From Candidatus Methanoperedens sp. (GTDB lineage Archaea > Halobacteriota > Methanosarcinia > Methanosarcinales > Methanoperedenaceae): a DNA stretch of 32,000 bases. Under the pieces are notes generated by a model. It was not told where the DNA came from and searched no databases. It worked only from the letters and a program-made list of their open reading frames with translations. Where the stretch lies: NCBI GenBank assembly GCA_027460535.1, contig JAPZAR010000029.1, forward strand, positions 30,001 to 62,000, written 5' to 3'. This document shows positions 1 through 9,685 of the stretch, piece after piece. Made by a program: the position numbers and the translations under genes. Within the stretch, counting starts at the first letter, position 1. Each line of letters starts with the position of its first letter.

Positions 1-1079
1 GAGGTAGCCCAGCTTCCTCCTATTGTTTGACACGATGTTTGATCAGACAATATGATAATTGCTGGGGTAGGTGTCGGGGGTGTAACTGGTGGAGTTACTA
101 AAAGCGAAACTGTAGTAGTATGTGAAAGTATACCACTTATTCCAGTTACAGTTAATGTATAGGAGCCTGTTGGTACTGATGGGTCAACAATTAATGTTAG
201 TGTTGATGTGCTTGAAGCGGGATTAGGTACGAAATTTCCTGCGACACCTGAAGGATTCCCACTTAGCGAGAATGTCACTGGAGAACTGAATCCGCCTGAT
301 GGAGTAATAGTTATTGTAGAAGTTCCAAGGCTACCTTGTGAGATGGCGACAGATGATGCGGCCAAGGAGAAGTCTGCTGTCGGAGGAGTTGGTGTTGGAA
401 CTGTAATAACAGCAGTAGCTATTGTAGCTGGTCCTTCAGTTAATACTCTGCCGTTCATAGCTGTGTTCGCACCTACTGTAATAGCAGCCGCCTTGGTCAT
501 TATAGTTCCCTGGAAATTGCTGTTCGCTCCAAGTGTTGAGGCTCCTGTTACTACCCAAAAAACTTGATTAGATTGGGCGCCATTGGTTAATGTGATAACT
601 GAATTGGCTACTGTGTTCAATGCACCAGTAATCTTGAAGATGTAAACTCCGGGACCGTTAAGAGTAAGTGTTGTTGTAACAGAAGCAGCACCCCCAATAC
701 AATGGACGCCAGGTGCCACGGTCGAGCCACCTAAATCAACAGCGGCTGGATTAGTATCATCACATGTTCTGGAATTTGCGTTATTTATTGCAGAGTCCAA
801 ATCAGAATTTGCCTTGGTATATGCAGCATCATTCAGGTGGTTGGTACCCGTAATTGTACTTGGAGTCGTCGTTTGCCCACCGATACCACTTCCAACATCT
901 CCGTTAACGGTGGTTGGGTTGGTGTTGGTTAAGGTCTGAGCGAGTACACCGAAAGTGCTAGCTTTTCCAAGGTTTACTGGGCCTGGTGCTGGTGCTCCTA
1001 GCCCAGAAAAAACTAACACAGAAATTATCATCACGACTAAAGCCGGGATGATGACTATTTTTTTATTGTTTGTCGACAT
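1..1079 (-). CDS. Secreted or cell-surface protein with a DUF3494 (ice-binding-like) domain, then Pro/Thr linkers and an Ig-like domain. The C-terminus runs off the window.
   Basis: Absent from the ORF track because it runs off the edge. Hand translation of the minus strand from ATG 1079-1077 (GGAGGT just upstream) stays open to position 1. The N-terminus has a hydrophobic signal/anchor: MSTNNKKIVIIPALVVMIISVLVFSG. It continues LGKASTFGVLAQTLTNTNPTTVNGDVG...NDAAYTKANSDLDSAINNA...LGGSTVAPGVHCIGGAASVTTTLTLNGPGVYIFKITGALNTVANSVITLTNGAQSNQVFWVVTGASTLGANSNFQGTIMTKAAITVGANTAMNGRVL, which fits the DUF3494 family pattern. After that come PTPTPP linkers and an FSL..ITITPSGGFSSPVTFSLSG..GSYTLTVTG Ig-like segment. 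Confidence 0.75.
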   Translation of the reverse strand, partial: MSTNNKKIVIIPALVVMIISVLVFSGLGAPAPGPVNLGKASTFGVLAQTLTNTNPTTVNGDVGSGIGGQTTTPSTITGTNHLNDAAYTKANSDLDSAINNANSRTCDDTNPAAVDLGGSTVAPGVHCIGGAASVTTTLTLNGPGVYIFKITGALNTVANSVITLTNGAQSNQVFWVVTGASTLGANSNFQGTIMTKAAAITVGANTAMNGRVLTEGPATIATAVITVPTPTPPTADFSLAASSVAISQGSLGTSTITITPSGGFSSPVTFSLSGNPSGVAGNFVPNPASSTSTLTLIVDPSVPTGSYTLTVTGISGILSHTTTVSLLVTPPVTPPTPTPAIIILSDQTSCQTIGGSWAT

Positions 1080-1161
1080 ATTTACCTCCACTCTAATATC
1101 GCTTGAGTAAATATGGTGACTTGGAGTAGATGTAATTTTCTCCCAGGTGGGAAGATGGTCA

Positions 1162-1182
1162 AATTATAGTTAAGAACCTAAC
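1162..1182. repeat. IS630 terminal inverted repeat, left
   Basis: Matches the reverse complement of 2226-2246 at 19 of 21 positions. Confidence 0.8.
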
Positions 1183-1706
1183 ATTTCTAACTTATTAATA
1201 AGGAACTTTTCAATCCATCTTTTGGCAAAGCTCATTTTTGATGAAAAATTTTGGAAACTGCGATAGATGATATCTTTCAGATGACTCACGTCAACGATGA
1301 AATTTTTTGAAATGACTTTCTTGATGCTTTTCCAGATGAATTCTATCGGATTCAAATCTGGAGAATATGGAGGCAGATATATCAATTTGATGCCAATTTC
1401 TTCTGCAAAATCCATTGTAAAATTTGCTCTATGCGAACGGAAATTGTCAAGAATAAGAATAATATTTTTTGTAGGATTTTTGGATCTAATTTCTGTTAAG
1501 AATTCACAGACATCCTCTTTTCTTGAATGCTCCTTAAAGTTAATTACAGAGTTTCCATTCAACGCATAAAATCCAAACGAATTTGCTCTTAGCTTTGTTG
1601 TATTCTTGCAGATTGTTGGTTTTGTAAACGACCATAATCTTTGAGTATTTGCTGTTGTTTGAGGTGATGATTCATCAAGAAAACCTATGATTGCATCCTC
1701 ACTCAA
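1170..1706 (-). CDS. IS630 transposase, DDE_3 catalytic part (orfB)
   Basis: 178 aa: FLDESS...ILILDNFRSHRA...LIYLPPYSPDLNPIEFIWKSIKK, a DDE superfamily endonuclease signature. It lies in the +1 frame relative to orfA and has only a TTG as possible own start. Confidence 0.85.
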   Translation of the reverse strand: MSEDAIIGFLDESSPQTTANTQRLWSFTKPTICKNTTKLRANSFGFYALNGNSVINFKEHSRKEDVCEFLTEIRSKNPTKNIILILDNFRSHRANFTMDFAEEIGIKLIYLPPYSPDLNPIEFIWKSIKKVISKNFIVDVSHLKDIIYRSFQNFSSKMSFAKRWIEKFLINKLEMLGS

Positions 1707-2193
1707 ATTGGGTAGTTTTTTTTAAGATCTCTTCTGCATCATCTGGTCTTCGGTAATCGTGTGGAAATGGTTTCGCAAGTTTCATGCCAAATTTTCTCAA
1801 GATAATTCGTATTTGCTTCAGAGAATATTCAACCATGAACTCGTCTGATATGAGTTTCTTAATTTCATCTGTTGTCCAGTCATCCCGTTTATTCAGGATT
1901 TTCTTCAGTTGTTCTTTTTGATCATCAGAAAGTTTTGATGGTTTTCCTCCTGCAAATTTTGGTTTTAACCCCTCATATCCCTCTTTATTCCACCTATCCT
2001 GCCAGATATAAGCCACTGGTTTTGATATTTCCACACGCTCAGCAGCCTCTTCAACCGTCACTCCTTCATATCGATATTTTATGAAATACAATCTCTGCAA
2101 GACTTTTACATCTTTTTCCAGGGATTTTATTCTCTTTTGCAGTTCTTCGGCTGTAATGTGCCGTTCAATAGTGATATTTTCTGGTCTTGCCAC
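1699..2193 (-). CDS. IS630 transposase, N-terminal HTH/winged-helix part (orfA)
   Basis: 164 aa with a GTG start. The sequence ...LQRLYFIKYRYEGVTVEEAAERVEISKPVAYIWQDRWNKEGYEGLKPKFAGGKPSKLSDDQKEQLKKIL...WTTDEIKKLISDEFMVEYSLKQIRIILRKFGMK is typical of IS630 DNA-binding domains. It ends just after an A8 tract. Confidence 0.85.
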   Translation of the reverse strand: MARPENITIERHITAEELQKRIKSLEKDVKVLQRLYFIKYRYEGVTVEEAAERVEISKPVAYIWQDRWNKEGYEGLKPKFAGGKPSKLSDDQKEQLKKILNKRDDWTTDEIKKLISDEFMVEYSLKQIRIILRKFGMKLAKPFPHDYRRPDDAEEILKKTTQFE

Positions 2194-2225
2194 ATTGAAC
2201 TATAATGCTCTAATTAGTTATAAAA

Positions 2226-2246
2226 GTTACGTTTTTAACTATAATT
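2226..2246. repeat. IS630 terminal inverted repeat, right
   Basis: Matches the reverse complement of 1162-1182 at 19 of 21 positions. Confidence 0.8.
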
Positions 2247-3308
2247 CATCTTATTATTGCGGGGAAAGAGAGGCCTGAGAAACATCTTTCTGGCATTGCC
2301 AAGCTGATGAAGTTTTGTTATTTTCTGATGGTGTTAATTCTGAACAAGTAACTGATACCTTGGAACAAATGGGCACAGAATATAAAATAATTCCATGTAT
2401 TACTGACCATTTATGTCGGATTCCATTATGCCAAACAATGAATTGTGTATATTACCTTCTGCAACCCCGATTTCTAGACTATCTAAACAAGATGCGTGGT
2501 TTGATGATGAAGAATGAACGAAAAACAGAAAGAATAGAATTCAAATTATTCAGGAATAATTTGGGTATAATATTGGAAAATTGCTTTATATCAACAAACA
2601 CATTTAATTCGTTGAGGAACGAACCAACCAATACCACCAAACCACCATCCTATCCTATCCAAAAATATTTCTTTTTTTTGGTTTGTTTCCTCAATATTTA
2701 TTCCAATTACTGCTAAGATTATTTTTAATATAAGTTTTTCTATTCTGGCTGAAAATCGGGTCATGCATCCTTATTGCTCCACCAATAGACATCTAATTAG
2801 CATCTTTCAGAACATATTCTCTAACTTTCAATTTTTTAATATGTTCATCTAATAGATTTCAAATTTGTCTTCGTTTATGATTTGAAAAATCTTTCAAGTT
2901 TATGGATTCACTGATCTCTCATTCCGATGGTGATGTTAGCTCCATGAAGTAATTTTCATCGCCATATCTGATGGAGAAGGAAAAGGAAGATGGGCAGGGA
3001 GGGTATACGGATACTGAATAAGTCACAAAAAAACGGGATTACCTGCCCATCAATATTATAACCGTTGCATTAATTAATAAGATTATCCATGTTCATAATG
3101 ATGAAAGTCTAACTTGTATTACATGGTGAATATTGTATAGTACATCAATTAATGCTGGGTCGAATATGACGGATTATATACAATCATCTCTAATTCTACC
3201 TTTGGTTGTAGCTGCATTACCTATTATAGTTAAATTTATTATATATTATTTATATCATCCTAAACTTGAGATATTTTTCCCATCACCCAAGTGATTAATA
3301 GCTACTCT

Positions 3309-4673
3309 TTATTCCAACTGCGCCCTTATCTTGGAATCAAGTATCCTCAGGAACTCATTCTTTGCCTCTCTCGGGATAAAAGCCCCTGCCGCAATGTCAT
3401 GCCCGCCTCCTGTGCCTCCCACCTCTTTCGCAGCCTGGCCTATAGCAACTCCAAGGTTCAAGCCTTTTCTGATAAGGTCGTAATTTCCCCGGGATGATAC
3501 CTTGACCCCGCCGTCAGAATCGGCAAATGCAATAATCGGCAGGTTCTTGTTATTGATAAAAGATGCGCTCATCCCTGCAACTATGCCCACTATGGTCTCC
3601 CTTATCTTATTTCCGGAATCGAAATACTGCAGGTTCTCCATTTTAGTGGTCCCCTGCTCCTTGACGAGATTCAGCCCTTCGACAAGATTTTTCCTGTGGT
3701 CATTAAGAAGGGCGATAGCCTCATCATATTTCTTGCCCCTCTCGCCCATACAGACCGCAAGTCCGATATCGGCATGGTCGTAGCGCGCCGTGGCATTAAG
3801 AAGAGTCGAATATTCGGAGGCGTCCCTGACCTCGGTCCCTTCTCGCTCCTGCAGCAATGTATAAACTTCGCCTACCAGCCTCTGGACATTGCGTGCCTGT
3901 AACCCGGAGGAAAGACAGAACTGGATAAGGGCAGAAACTATCTGCTGCTTTTCATGAGCTTCAAGGTCGATCCACCGCCTCCATTTTTCACCATGCTGGC
4001 GTATGCCGATCTTTTTAAGGAATTCTATACTGGCGTCTTCGTTTCCGGTGATTCCCGGAAGGTATGGGTCAGAGGAATATTGCAGCAGCTTGAAGATCGG
4101 TCTTGTCTGTTTGCCGAAAAGGAGCAGGTCTTTCTCATGGCACAATACCCCGTACCTTGTCCCGTCATCCAGGATAGACCGGTTAGCGCCTATCAACTGT
4201 CCGTGCTTCATGTGCTGCAGGTCCCCAACAGCTCCCACAATGGCAAGTGCGGCAAGGTCCCTGTTCTCGCCAAGCGATGATACCATGGTATATGTCACAC
4301 CTGACCCGCTTATTTCATTCGCGCCGTTTATCCCGAAAAGATGAGGATTCAGGTGGCGTTCATGCGTTCCATGAGGCTGGTGGTGGTCTGAGATCACAGC
4401 ATTGATATTCAAAGAGCTTATTGCATCAAGCATTCCGCTCCCCAAGTCGGTGAATACGACGAGTTCGGGGTTTTTATCTGCAATCTCTGTGAGCGCAGAT
4501 ATATCAAGCTGTTTTAAAAAACGGGTTTCGTATTCGATGCCCGCCCTTTCAAGCGCTTTACACATTATGGCCGCAGATGTCAGGCCGTCTGCATCGATGT
4601 GTGACACCACGAGAGCAGAAGCGTGCTTCTTAATATAATCCGCACATTGTTGGGCTCTCAATTGAAATGTCAT
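3309..4673 (-). CDS. DHH/DHHA1 phosphoesterase, archaeal RecJ/Cdc45-like (GAN-type) nuclease
   Basis: 454 aa carrying the four DHH-family motifs: HIDADGLTS, FTDLGSG, SDHHQP and GGGHDIAAG. Size and layout resemble archaeal RecJ-like proteins. Confidence 0.8.
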   Translation of the reverse strand: MTFQLRAQQCADYIKKHASALVVSHIDADGLTSAAIMCKALERAGIEYETRFLKQLDISALTEIADKNPELVVFTDLGSGMLDAISSLNINAVISDHHQPHGTHERHLNPHLFGINGANEISGSGVTYTMVSSLGENRDLAALAIVGAVGDLQHMKHGQLIGANRSILDDGTRYGVLCHEKDLLLFGKQTRPIFKLLQYSSDPYLPGITGNEDASIEFLKKIGIRQHGEKWRRWIDLEAHEKQQIVSALIQFCLSSGLQARNVQRLVGEVYTLLQEREGTEVRDASEYSTLLNATARYDHADIGLAVCMGERGKKYDEAIALLNDHRKNLVEGLNLVKEQGTTKMENLQYFDSGNKIRETIVGIVAGMSASFINNKNLPIIAFADSDGGVKVSSRGNYDLIRKGLNLGVAIGQAAKEVGGTGGGHDIAAGAFIPREAKNEFLRILDSKIRAQLE

Positions 4674-4729
4674 ACGCGTTTTTATAGTTCGTTAATATAT
4701 TAAACCATTTTGCCAGCAGGGGGAAAGTA

Positions 4730-5194
4730 TTACTTCAGGCTTTTAAGGTACCCTATGAGATCATTAAGGTCGCTGTCAGACATATGCCACACGGGCATGG
4801 GAGTATCAAGCGGTTCTCCGTCTTCGTCGATACCCTTCGTGATCGCACGTTTAATTAGGTCATCAGTATAATTTTCGCCCGCCAACGAGGAGTATCGTAT
4901 ATCAGGAGCATCGAATGTCCACATCATCATTCTTCCCCTCCCTCCTGTTCCATCAGGACCGTGGCACGCGGCACAGCTCATCATCCCTCCGCGCATTGTC
5001 ATCGTCCCTATGGATGAGATTATAGCTTCTCCAGAATCGGTTGTAGCGGTGAAATAGATCCTCTCACCGTTGCTCTGGAAAGCCGTTGCCTGCCTGGTGT
5101 AATAAGATGGGGATCTGTAAGAGAGCAGGAAAAGACCTATCATTCCTACAACAATAAGAATTATTGCGATCTGCAGGTTTCCCGGTTTTTTCAT
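4730..5194 (-). CDS. Membrane-anchored monoheme c-type cytochrome, Met-rich
   Basis: 154 aa with an N-terminal TM helix (LQIAIILIVVGMIGLFLL) and a single CxxCH heme motif (SCAACHGPDG). The motif is flanked by Met-rich stretches (MTMRGGMM, GRMMMW). The start overlaps the upstream gene stop in an ATGA overlap. Confidence 0.7.
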   Translation of the reverse strand: MKKPGNLQIAIILIVVGMIGLFLLSYRSPSYYTRQATAFQSNGERIYFTATTDSGEAIISSIGTMTMRGGMMSCAACHGPDGTGGRGRMMMWTFDAPDIRYSSLAGENYTDDLIKRAITKGIDEDGEPLDTPMPVWHMSDSDLNDLIGYLKSLK

Positions 5195-5433
5195 ACCAGG
5201 TCTTTCTTTTTCTCCTCGAATTCTTCCTTGTTTATCTCACCGCGGGCGTATCTTTTCTTCAGAATTTCAAGGGCAGATTCTTGTTCTGTTTTAGCTCCAC
5301 CATGTTCCCACAGATATTTGATGAGCAACACAAGACCGATGAGCACCAATATCGAGAATATCAGCCCCAGGATCCAGTAACCTCCTCCCATCATTCCATA
5401 ACCGTAACCGTCCATCATTCCTTGCATGATCAA
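5191..5433 (-). CDS. SHOCT-domain small membrane protein with a Met/Gly-rich N-terminus
   Basis: 80 aa: MIMQGMMDGYGYGMMGGGYW, then one TM helix, then a C-terminal ALEILKKRYARGEINKEEFEEKKKDL that matches the SHOCT short C-terminal domain. Confidence 0.7.
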   Translation of the reverse strand: MIMQGMMDGYGYGMMGGGYWILGLIFSILVLIGLVLLIKYLWEHGGAKTEQESALEILKKRYARGEINKEEFEEKKKDLV

Positions 5434-5539
5434 CCTCCACTAAGATAATTAATAATTGATTTAGTACTATAAAAAGACAGGGGCTGAAAGAAATATAAAA
5501 AAGGCAGGCGCTTGCCCACAGCGCCTTGTAATGCTAATA

Positions 5540-6391
5540 TTATTCGGTCACGAGAACATCCGGGGCTCGATGTCCTATCCTGCCAGCACTTTTTGCTTTT
5601 ATCCCGCTGATCTTTTCATGCGCAAGTTCTGCCGCTTTCTTTCCCGCAAGGAGCATACCGCCAAAAGTGGGTCCCATTCGCGGCGCGCCATATGTTGAGG
5701 TGGCTGACATGCCTGCAACGATAAGACCGGGATATATCTCATGTGTAAGCTCGACAGTCTGTTTTTCAGCCTCATCCACCCAGAGGGATCCGCAGCCTGG
5801 CGGCTCGGGAATATTTAATCTCTTTTGCTGCCAGAGACGCCTGACAAGGAAAGAATCGTGGCCTGTAGCATCTATTACCACTTTTGATCTTATCGCGATC
5901 GGATCCATGCAAGTAATGAATTTAGGCATCTGCTGCACGGGATACCACTGGATAACTACCCCTTCAACATGATCTTCCTTGAGGATCAAATCTTCTACGT
6001 TCGTGGAGTTCAGCAACTTCGCGCCGGCATCGCACGCGCTTGCGAGCATTTTCGAGACCATCTCAAAAGAATCGCAGACATAGAGTCCTTCTTCCACTTC
6101 CTTGAGTCTCACACCGCACTCTTCAAGTATCTTGTGGGCCGGTGCTCTCACCGTATTTTTGGGCATGAGAAAACCTCCCTGCCACATGCCTCCGCCGCCG
6201 TAAATATTTCTCTCGATCATGACAGTCTTGTGTCCCAACTCAGCCGCATACTTTGCAGTTGCCACCCCGCACGGTCCCGAACCCACAATTACGATATCGC
6301 TATCAAGAATATTCTTTATAAAATCATCCAGGAATTCATTTACTATTGTTTTCGTAACATGTATCTCACTAAGGCTTGTCATAAATTTCAC
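5540..6391 (-). CDS. thi4: Thiamine thiazole synthase (Thi4 family)
   Basis: 283 aa with a dinucleotide-binding motif IVIVGSGPCGVATAKY. Further Thi4-family pattern: GGGMWQGGFLMP, AGAKLLNSTNVEDLI..EGVVIQW, CMDPIAIRSKVVIDATGHD. Confidence 0.8.
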   Translation of the reverse strand: MKFMTSLSEIHVTKTIVNEFLDDFIKNILDSDIVIVGSGPCGVATAKYAAELGHKTVMIERNIYGGGGMWQGGFLMPKNTVRAPAHKILEECGVRLKEVEEGLYVCDSFEMVSKMLASACDAGAKLLNSTNVEDLILKEDHVEGVVIQWYPVQQMPKFITCMDPIAIRSKVVIDATGHDSFLVRRLWQQKRLNIPEPPGCGSLWVDEAEKQTVELTHEIYPGLIVAGMSATSTYGAPRMGPTFGGMLLAGKKAAELAHEKISGIKAKSAGRIGHRAPDVLVTE

Positions 6392-6510
6392 CTATGTCAA
6401 TAGGGCTTCTGCTGACCATAAACTTTTCTAAGGAGTACTGCAAGAAGCAGGAATAGGATTAAATAACAAGATTTATACAAAGGAAAAAAAATACTCCAAT
6501 AGGTCGAAAA

Positions 6511-6879
6511 ATGGAAAATATCCCCCTCTATACCATACTTTCAGGAAGTTCAGTTATCCTTTCCGTTCTTGGGCTATATTTTGTTGCAAAGATATGTGTA
6601 AGGTGGAAGAAAATGGATAAGGACGTTCTCAAAGCAAGGGTTTTTCTTAACAAGAAATTCCTGACAAAGAATTGGACATACGTCTTTCTTTCGGGAGCTT
6701 CCATGACGGTTCATCAGTCCATAGAATTCCTATCCTCATTATATCATGTCGCAGATATTCGTCTCGAAAGCATTTCCGAGATATTTGAGTTCATAACACT
6801 CGTATTCATCGTTGTGCTGGCATACGAATGGTACAGGATAATTTACCTGGAAGACAAGCCCTTCTTATTTAGCGCATAA
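6511..6879 (+). CDS. Hypothetical membrane protein
   Basis: 122 aa ORF with hydrophobic helices at both ends and no recognisable family. Its 3' end overlaps the convergent valS by 11 nt. Confidence 0.4.
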   Translation: MENIPLYTILSGSSVILSVLGLYFVAKICVRWKKMDKDVLKARVFLNKKFLTKNWTYVFLSGASMTVHQSIEFLSSLYHVADIRLESISEIFEFITLVFIVVLAYEWYRIIYLEDKPFLFSA

Positions 6880-9424
6880 TTACGATTACTGCACTTCCTA
6901 CTTCAAGTACGTCCACAGCTTTTCCTTTTAACAGGATCTCTTTTTCCACCCTGAAGAATGACCCATCAAGGGTTATGTTATCACCTTCAACAAAAAGCGA
7001 GACACTGCCGGTTTCTGCATCCACCGGATCCGAGCGTGTAAGTGCTTCCACAATGGATTTTGCCCTATTCCTGTATGTCCTGCCCAGAACCTTCATATCT
7101 GGCTTGATCGCCACCGGCCTAAGGTCAAAGTCAGGGCTTCCTGTTCTAATTTTGATATCAGAATTAGTTACTCCTGCAATATCTGATGCGTCTGTTATGG
7201 AGGAGTATATCTCTATTTCCCCAAGAGGCGAATTCAAGGCCATGCCGTGCTCCGATTTATAGCGCCTTATTGCACCTGCCATTTCTTTTATCAATTCACC
7301 GGTCGCTTCTGCATCTGCATCGATAAGCGATTCATCCGCTTCAGGCCATGCCTGAAGATGCACGCTTCCCTGATTCAGGTGCGAATATATCTCCTCGGAA
7401 AAATACGGCAAAAATGGTGCAAGAAGCCTTGATAATGTGTCTATGGTGACATAGAGCGTATACTGGGCAGCCTGTTTTCCTTCTTTGTCGCCGTAAAGTC
7501 TTGATTTAGCTAGCTCAATATAATTATCTGCCAGGATATCCCAGGCGAACCCCCGTATTGCCTTAAAGGTTTCATCGAACTGGTAGGCATCCATTTTTTG
7601 TGTCGCTTCTTTCACAAGCCTGTTCAATTTGCTTAACAGCCACCTGTCAACTGGCGTAAGAGAAGCAGGTTCATCCGAAATGTGTGGCAAGGAAAATCGC
7701 ATGATGCTCCATAGTTTCTGGAGGAATCTTGAACCCGCTATTACATCCTTCCAAGAAAATATGATATCCGACCCAGTCGTGCCGCCAATAGCTGCCCATT
7801 GCCTGAACGCATCGGCGCCGTATTGCTTCATCACTTCTTCCGGAACAACGAAGTTGTTTCTGGATTTGCTCATTTTATGGCCGTCTTCGCCAAGTACCAT
7901 TCCGTTGAGCAGGATCGTGTCCCAGGGTTTTACATCGAGAAGTGCTTTAGCCCTCAGGATGGTATAAAAAGACCATGTGCGGATAATATCATAACCCTGC
8001 GGACGAAGCTGTGCAGGCAAGAGCAGCGGATGCTCGCTCAGCCAGCCTGCAACATGCAGGGCAGATATGGATGAGTCCATCCAGGTGTCGAGTACATCCT
8101 CTTCTCCTTTCCACTTCGTGGAACCGCATTCGCATGCTTCGGGCGGGTCTTTCTGTGTAGGGTCAAGCGGCAGCCATTCCTCTTTTGCGACTTTCGTTTT
8201 ACCGCAACCTGCGCAGTACCATGCGGGAATAGGCGTGGCAAATATCCTCTGTCTTGATATACACCAGTCCCACTCCATGGTGCCAGTCCAGTTCTCCAGA
8301 CGCACTTTCATATAATCCGGAACCCATGTTATCTCGTTCGCGGTATTCAGGATATCCTCGGAGATAATCTTAACGAACCACTGTTTTTCAGAGAGTATCT
8401 CGATAGGCGTTTTGCAGCGCCAGCACAGGCCAACGTTCTGGTCGAGTTTTTCTTGTTTGTAGAGAATGCCGGATTCTCTCATGTCCATGATTATGGCTTT
8501 CTTGCATTCTTCAGTCGCTAATCCTGCATATTTGCCTGCAAGTTCGGTCATCTTGCCGGTCTTATCGATGGCTTTACGCAGGGGCAGATTGTGTTCAACC
8601 CACCACCTCACATCCTGCTTGTCGCCAAAGGTGCATATCATTACCACTCCCGTACCAAAGGAGGGATCGACGTTCTTATCAGAGATTACCTTGACTCTAT
8701 GGCCGAATACTGGCACTTTTATCTCTGATCCAACATATTCGCGATATCTATTATCATCAGGATTTACCGCCACAGCCACGCAGGCAGCAAGCAGTTCCGG
8801 ACGCGTGGTGGCGATTTTTAGTTTATCGAAGTTAAGGTAATTCAGGATGGTGTCTCGAGCATCGTATTCGACTTCTGCAAATGCGATAGCTGTCTCGCAG
8901 CGCGGGCACCAGTTCACAGGATGGTTCTGCTGGTATATCCTGCCGCTGTTGTACATCTGCACGAAAGACCTCTGCGTTTTTCCAAAATACGCCGGTTCCA
9001 TTGTAATGTACTCATTGCTCCAGTCGATGGAAAAACCAAGGCGGCGCAGGCTTTTTCTCATGCGTTCGATGTTCTTCGTCGTGAGTTCGACGCACAGGCG
9101 GCGGAATTCCTCACGCGAGACCTGGCTCTTCGTGATACCATGCGCCTCTTCCACTTTCACTTCTGTGGGCAGCCCGTGGCAGTCCCAGCCTTCGGGGAAC
9201 ATCACATTGTATCCGCGCATCCTTTTATAGCGCGCCACGAAATCGATATAGCACCAGTTCAGCGCATTGCCGATGTGGAAATTCCCTGTAGGATACGGTG
9301 GAGGCGTATCGATTATGAACCCGGGTTTTTTTGAATCCCAATCAAAATAATACATGGAGTCGGGCCATGCATCCATCCATTTTTCTTCGATCGCGTTGCA
9401 ATCGTATTCTTTCGGGAGTTCCAT
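6869..9424 (-). CDS. valS: Valine--tRNA ligase
   Basis: 851 aa class I aaRS. It has a HIGH-like [17 protein letters not shown], a KMSKS motif ([10 protein letters not shown]), and a CP1 editing-domain insert. Length and N-terminal sequence fit archaeal ValRS better than IleRS or LeuRS. Confidence 0.85.
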   Translation of the reverse strand: MELPKEYDCNAIEEKWMDAWPDSMYYFDWDSKKPGFIIDTPPPYPTGNFHIGNALNWCYIDFVARYKRMRGYNVMFPEGWDCHGLPTEVKVEEAHGITKSQVSREEFRRLCVELTTKNIERMRKSLRRLGFSIDWSNEYITMEPAYFGKTQRSFVQMYNSGRIYQQNHPVNWCPRCETAIAFAEVEYDARDTILNYLNFDKLKIATTRPELLAACVAVAVNPDDNRYREYVGSEIKVPVFGHRVKVISDKNVDPSFGTGVVMICTFGDKQDVRWWVEHNLPLRKAIDKTGKMTELAGKYAGLATEECKKAIIMDMRESGILYKQEKLDQNVGLCWRCKTPIEILSEKQWFVKIISEDILNTANEITWVPDYMKVRLENWTGTMEWDWCISRQRIFATPIPAWYCAGCGKTKVAKEEWLPLDPTQKDPPEACECGSTKWKGEEDVLDTWMDSSISALHVAGWLSEHPLLLPAQLRPQGYDIIRTWSFYTILRAKALLDVKPWDTILLNGMVLGEDGHKMSKSRNNFVVPEEVMKQYGADAFRQWAAIGGTTGSDIIFSWKDVIAGSRFLQKLWSIMRFSLPHISDEPASLTPVDRWLLSKLNRLVKEATQKMDAYQFDETFKAIRGFAWDILADNYIELAKSRLYGDKEGKQAAQYTLYVTIDTLSRLLAPFLPYFSEEIYSHLNQGSVHLQAWPEADESLIDADAEATGELIKEMAGAIRRYKSEHGMALNSPLGEIEIYSSITDASDIAGVTNSDIKIRTGSPDFDLRPVAIKPDMKVLGRTYRNRAKSIVEALTRSDPVDAETGSVSLFVEGDNITLDGSFFRVEKEILLKGKAVDVLEVGSAVIVIMR

Positions 9425-9685
9425 AACTCTCGCTCTGATAACTTACATTGTTAATAGAATTATCGGTTTTTAGTGACTGTTTCAATTCGTGGTGGTAGTT
9501 ATCCTGAAATCAATACCTTGTATCTAAAAACAATACCGATAAGATGAGTTATTTCTTGGTTTTACTATTAATTTATGCGCTAAGTAAAAATTTTACACAA
9601 CCATCACAAAATCCATCTCTCGATCCCGGTCAATTATAATGAATTGTAGTTACGGTTATAATTTTCTGTTCTTCAAGAATCCTTT

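Larger units (their letters stand above)
1162..2246 (-). mobile_element. IS630-family insertion sequence, about 1.08 kb
   Basis: Two consecutive transposase ORFs (HTH part and DDE_3 part) are bracketed by terminal inverted repeats. These are 1162-1182 AATTATAGTTAAGAACCTAAC and the reverse complement of 2226-2246, AATTATAGTTAAAAACGTAAC (19/21 identical). A weaker match extends about 12 nt further inward. TA dinucleotides at both ends (1165-1166 and 2242-2243 if the ends are set at TAGTTAA) fit the TA target duplication of IS630/Tc1-mariner elements. Confidence 0.85.

Noticed and set aside
208-567. 119-aa plus-strand ORF from the track
   Set aside because: It is antisense to the DUF3494 gene, whose minus-strand frame is open across the whole region and has a recognisable family pattern. 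The product is low-complexity (A/V/G/P/T-rich), as expected for a shadow ORF.
2315-2716. 133-aa plus-strand ORF in the AT-rich gap
   Set aside because: It has no RBS and no recognisable motif. The composition is Cys/Asn/Phe-rich, typical of random ORFs in AT-rich DNA.
3223-3233. ATTATAGTTAA, identical to the core of the IS630 terminal repeat (possible solo IR or MITE end)
   Set aside because: It is only an 11-nt match in very AT-rich DNA. The match does not extend into the rest of the IR and there is no partner repeat.
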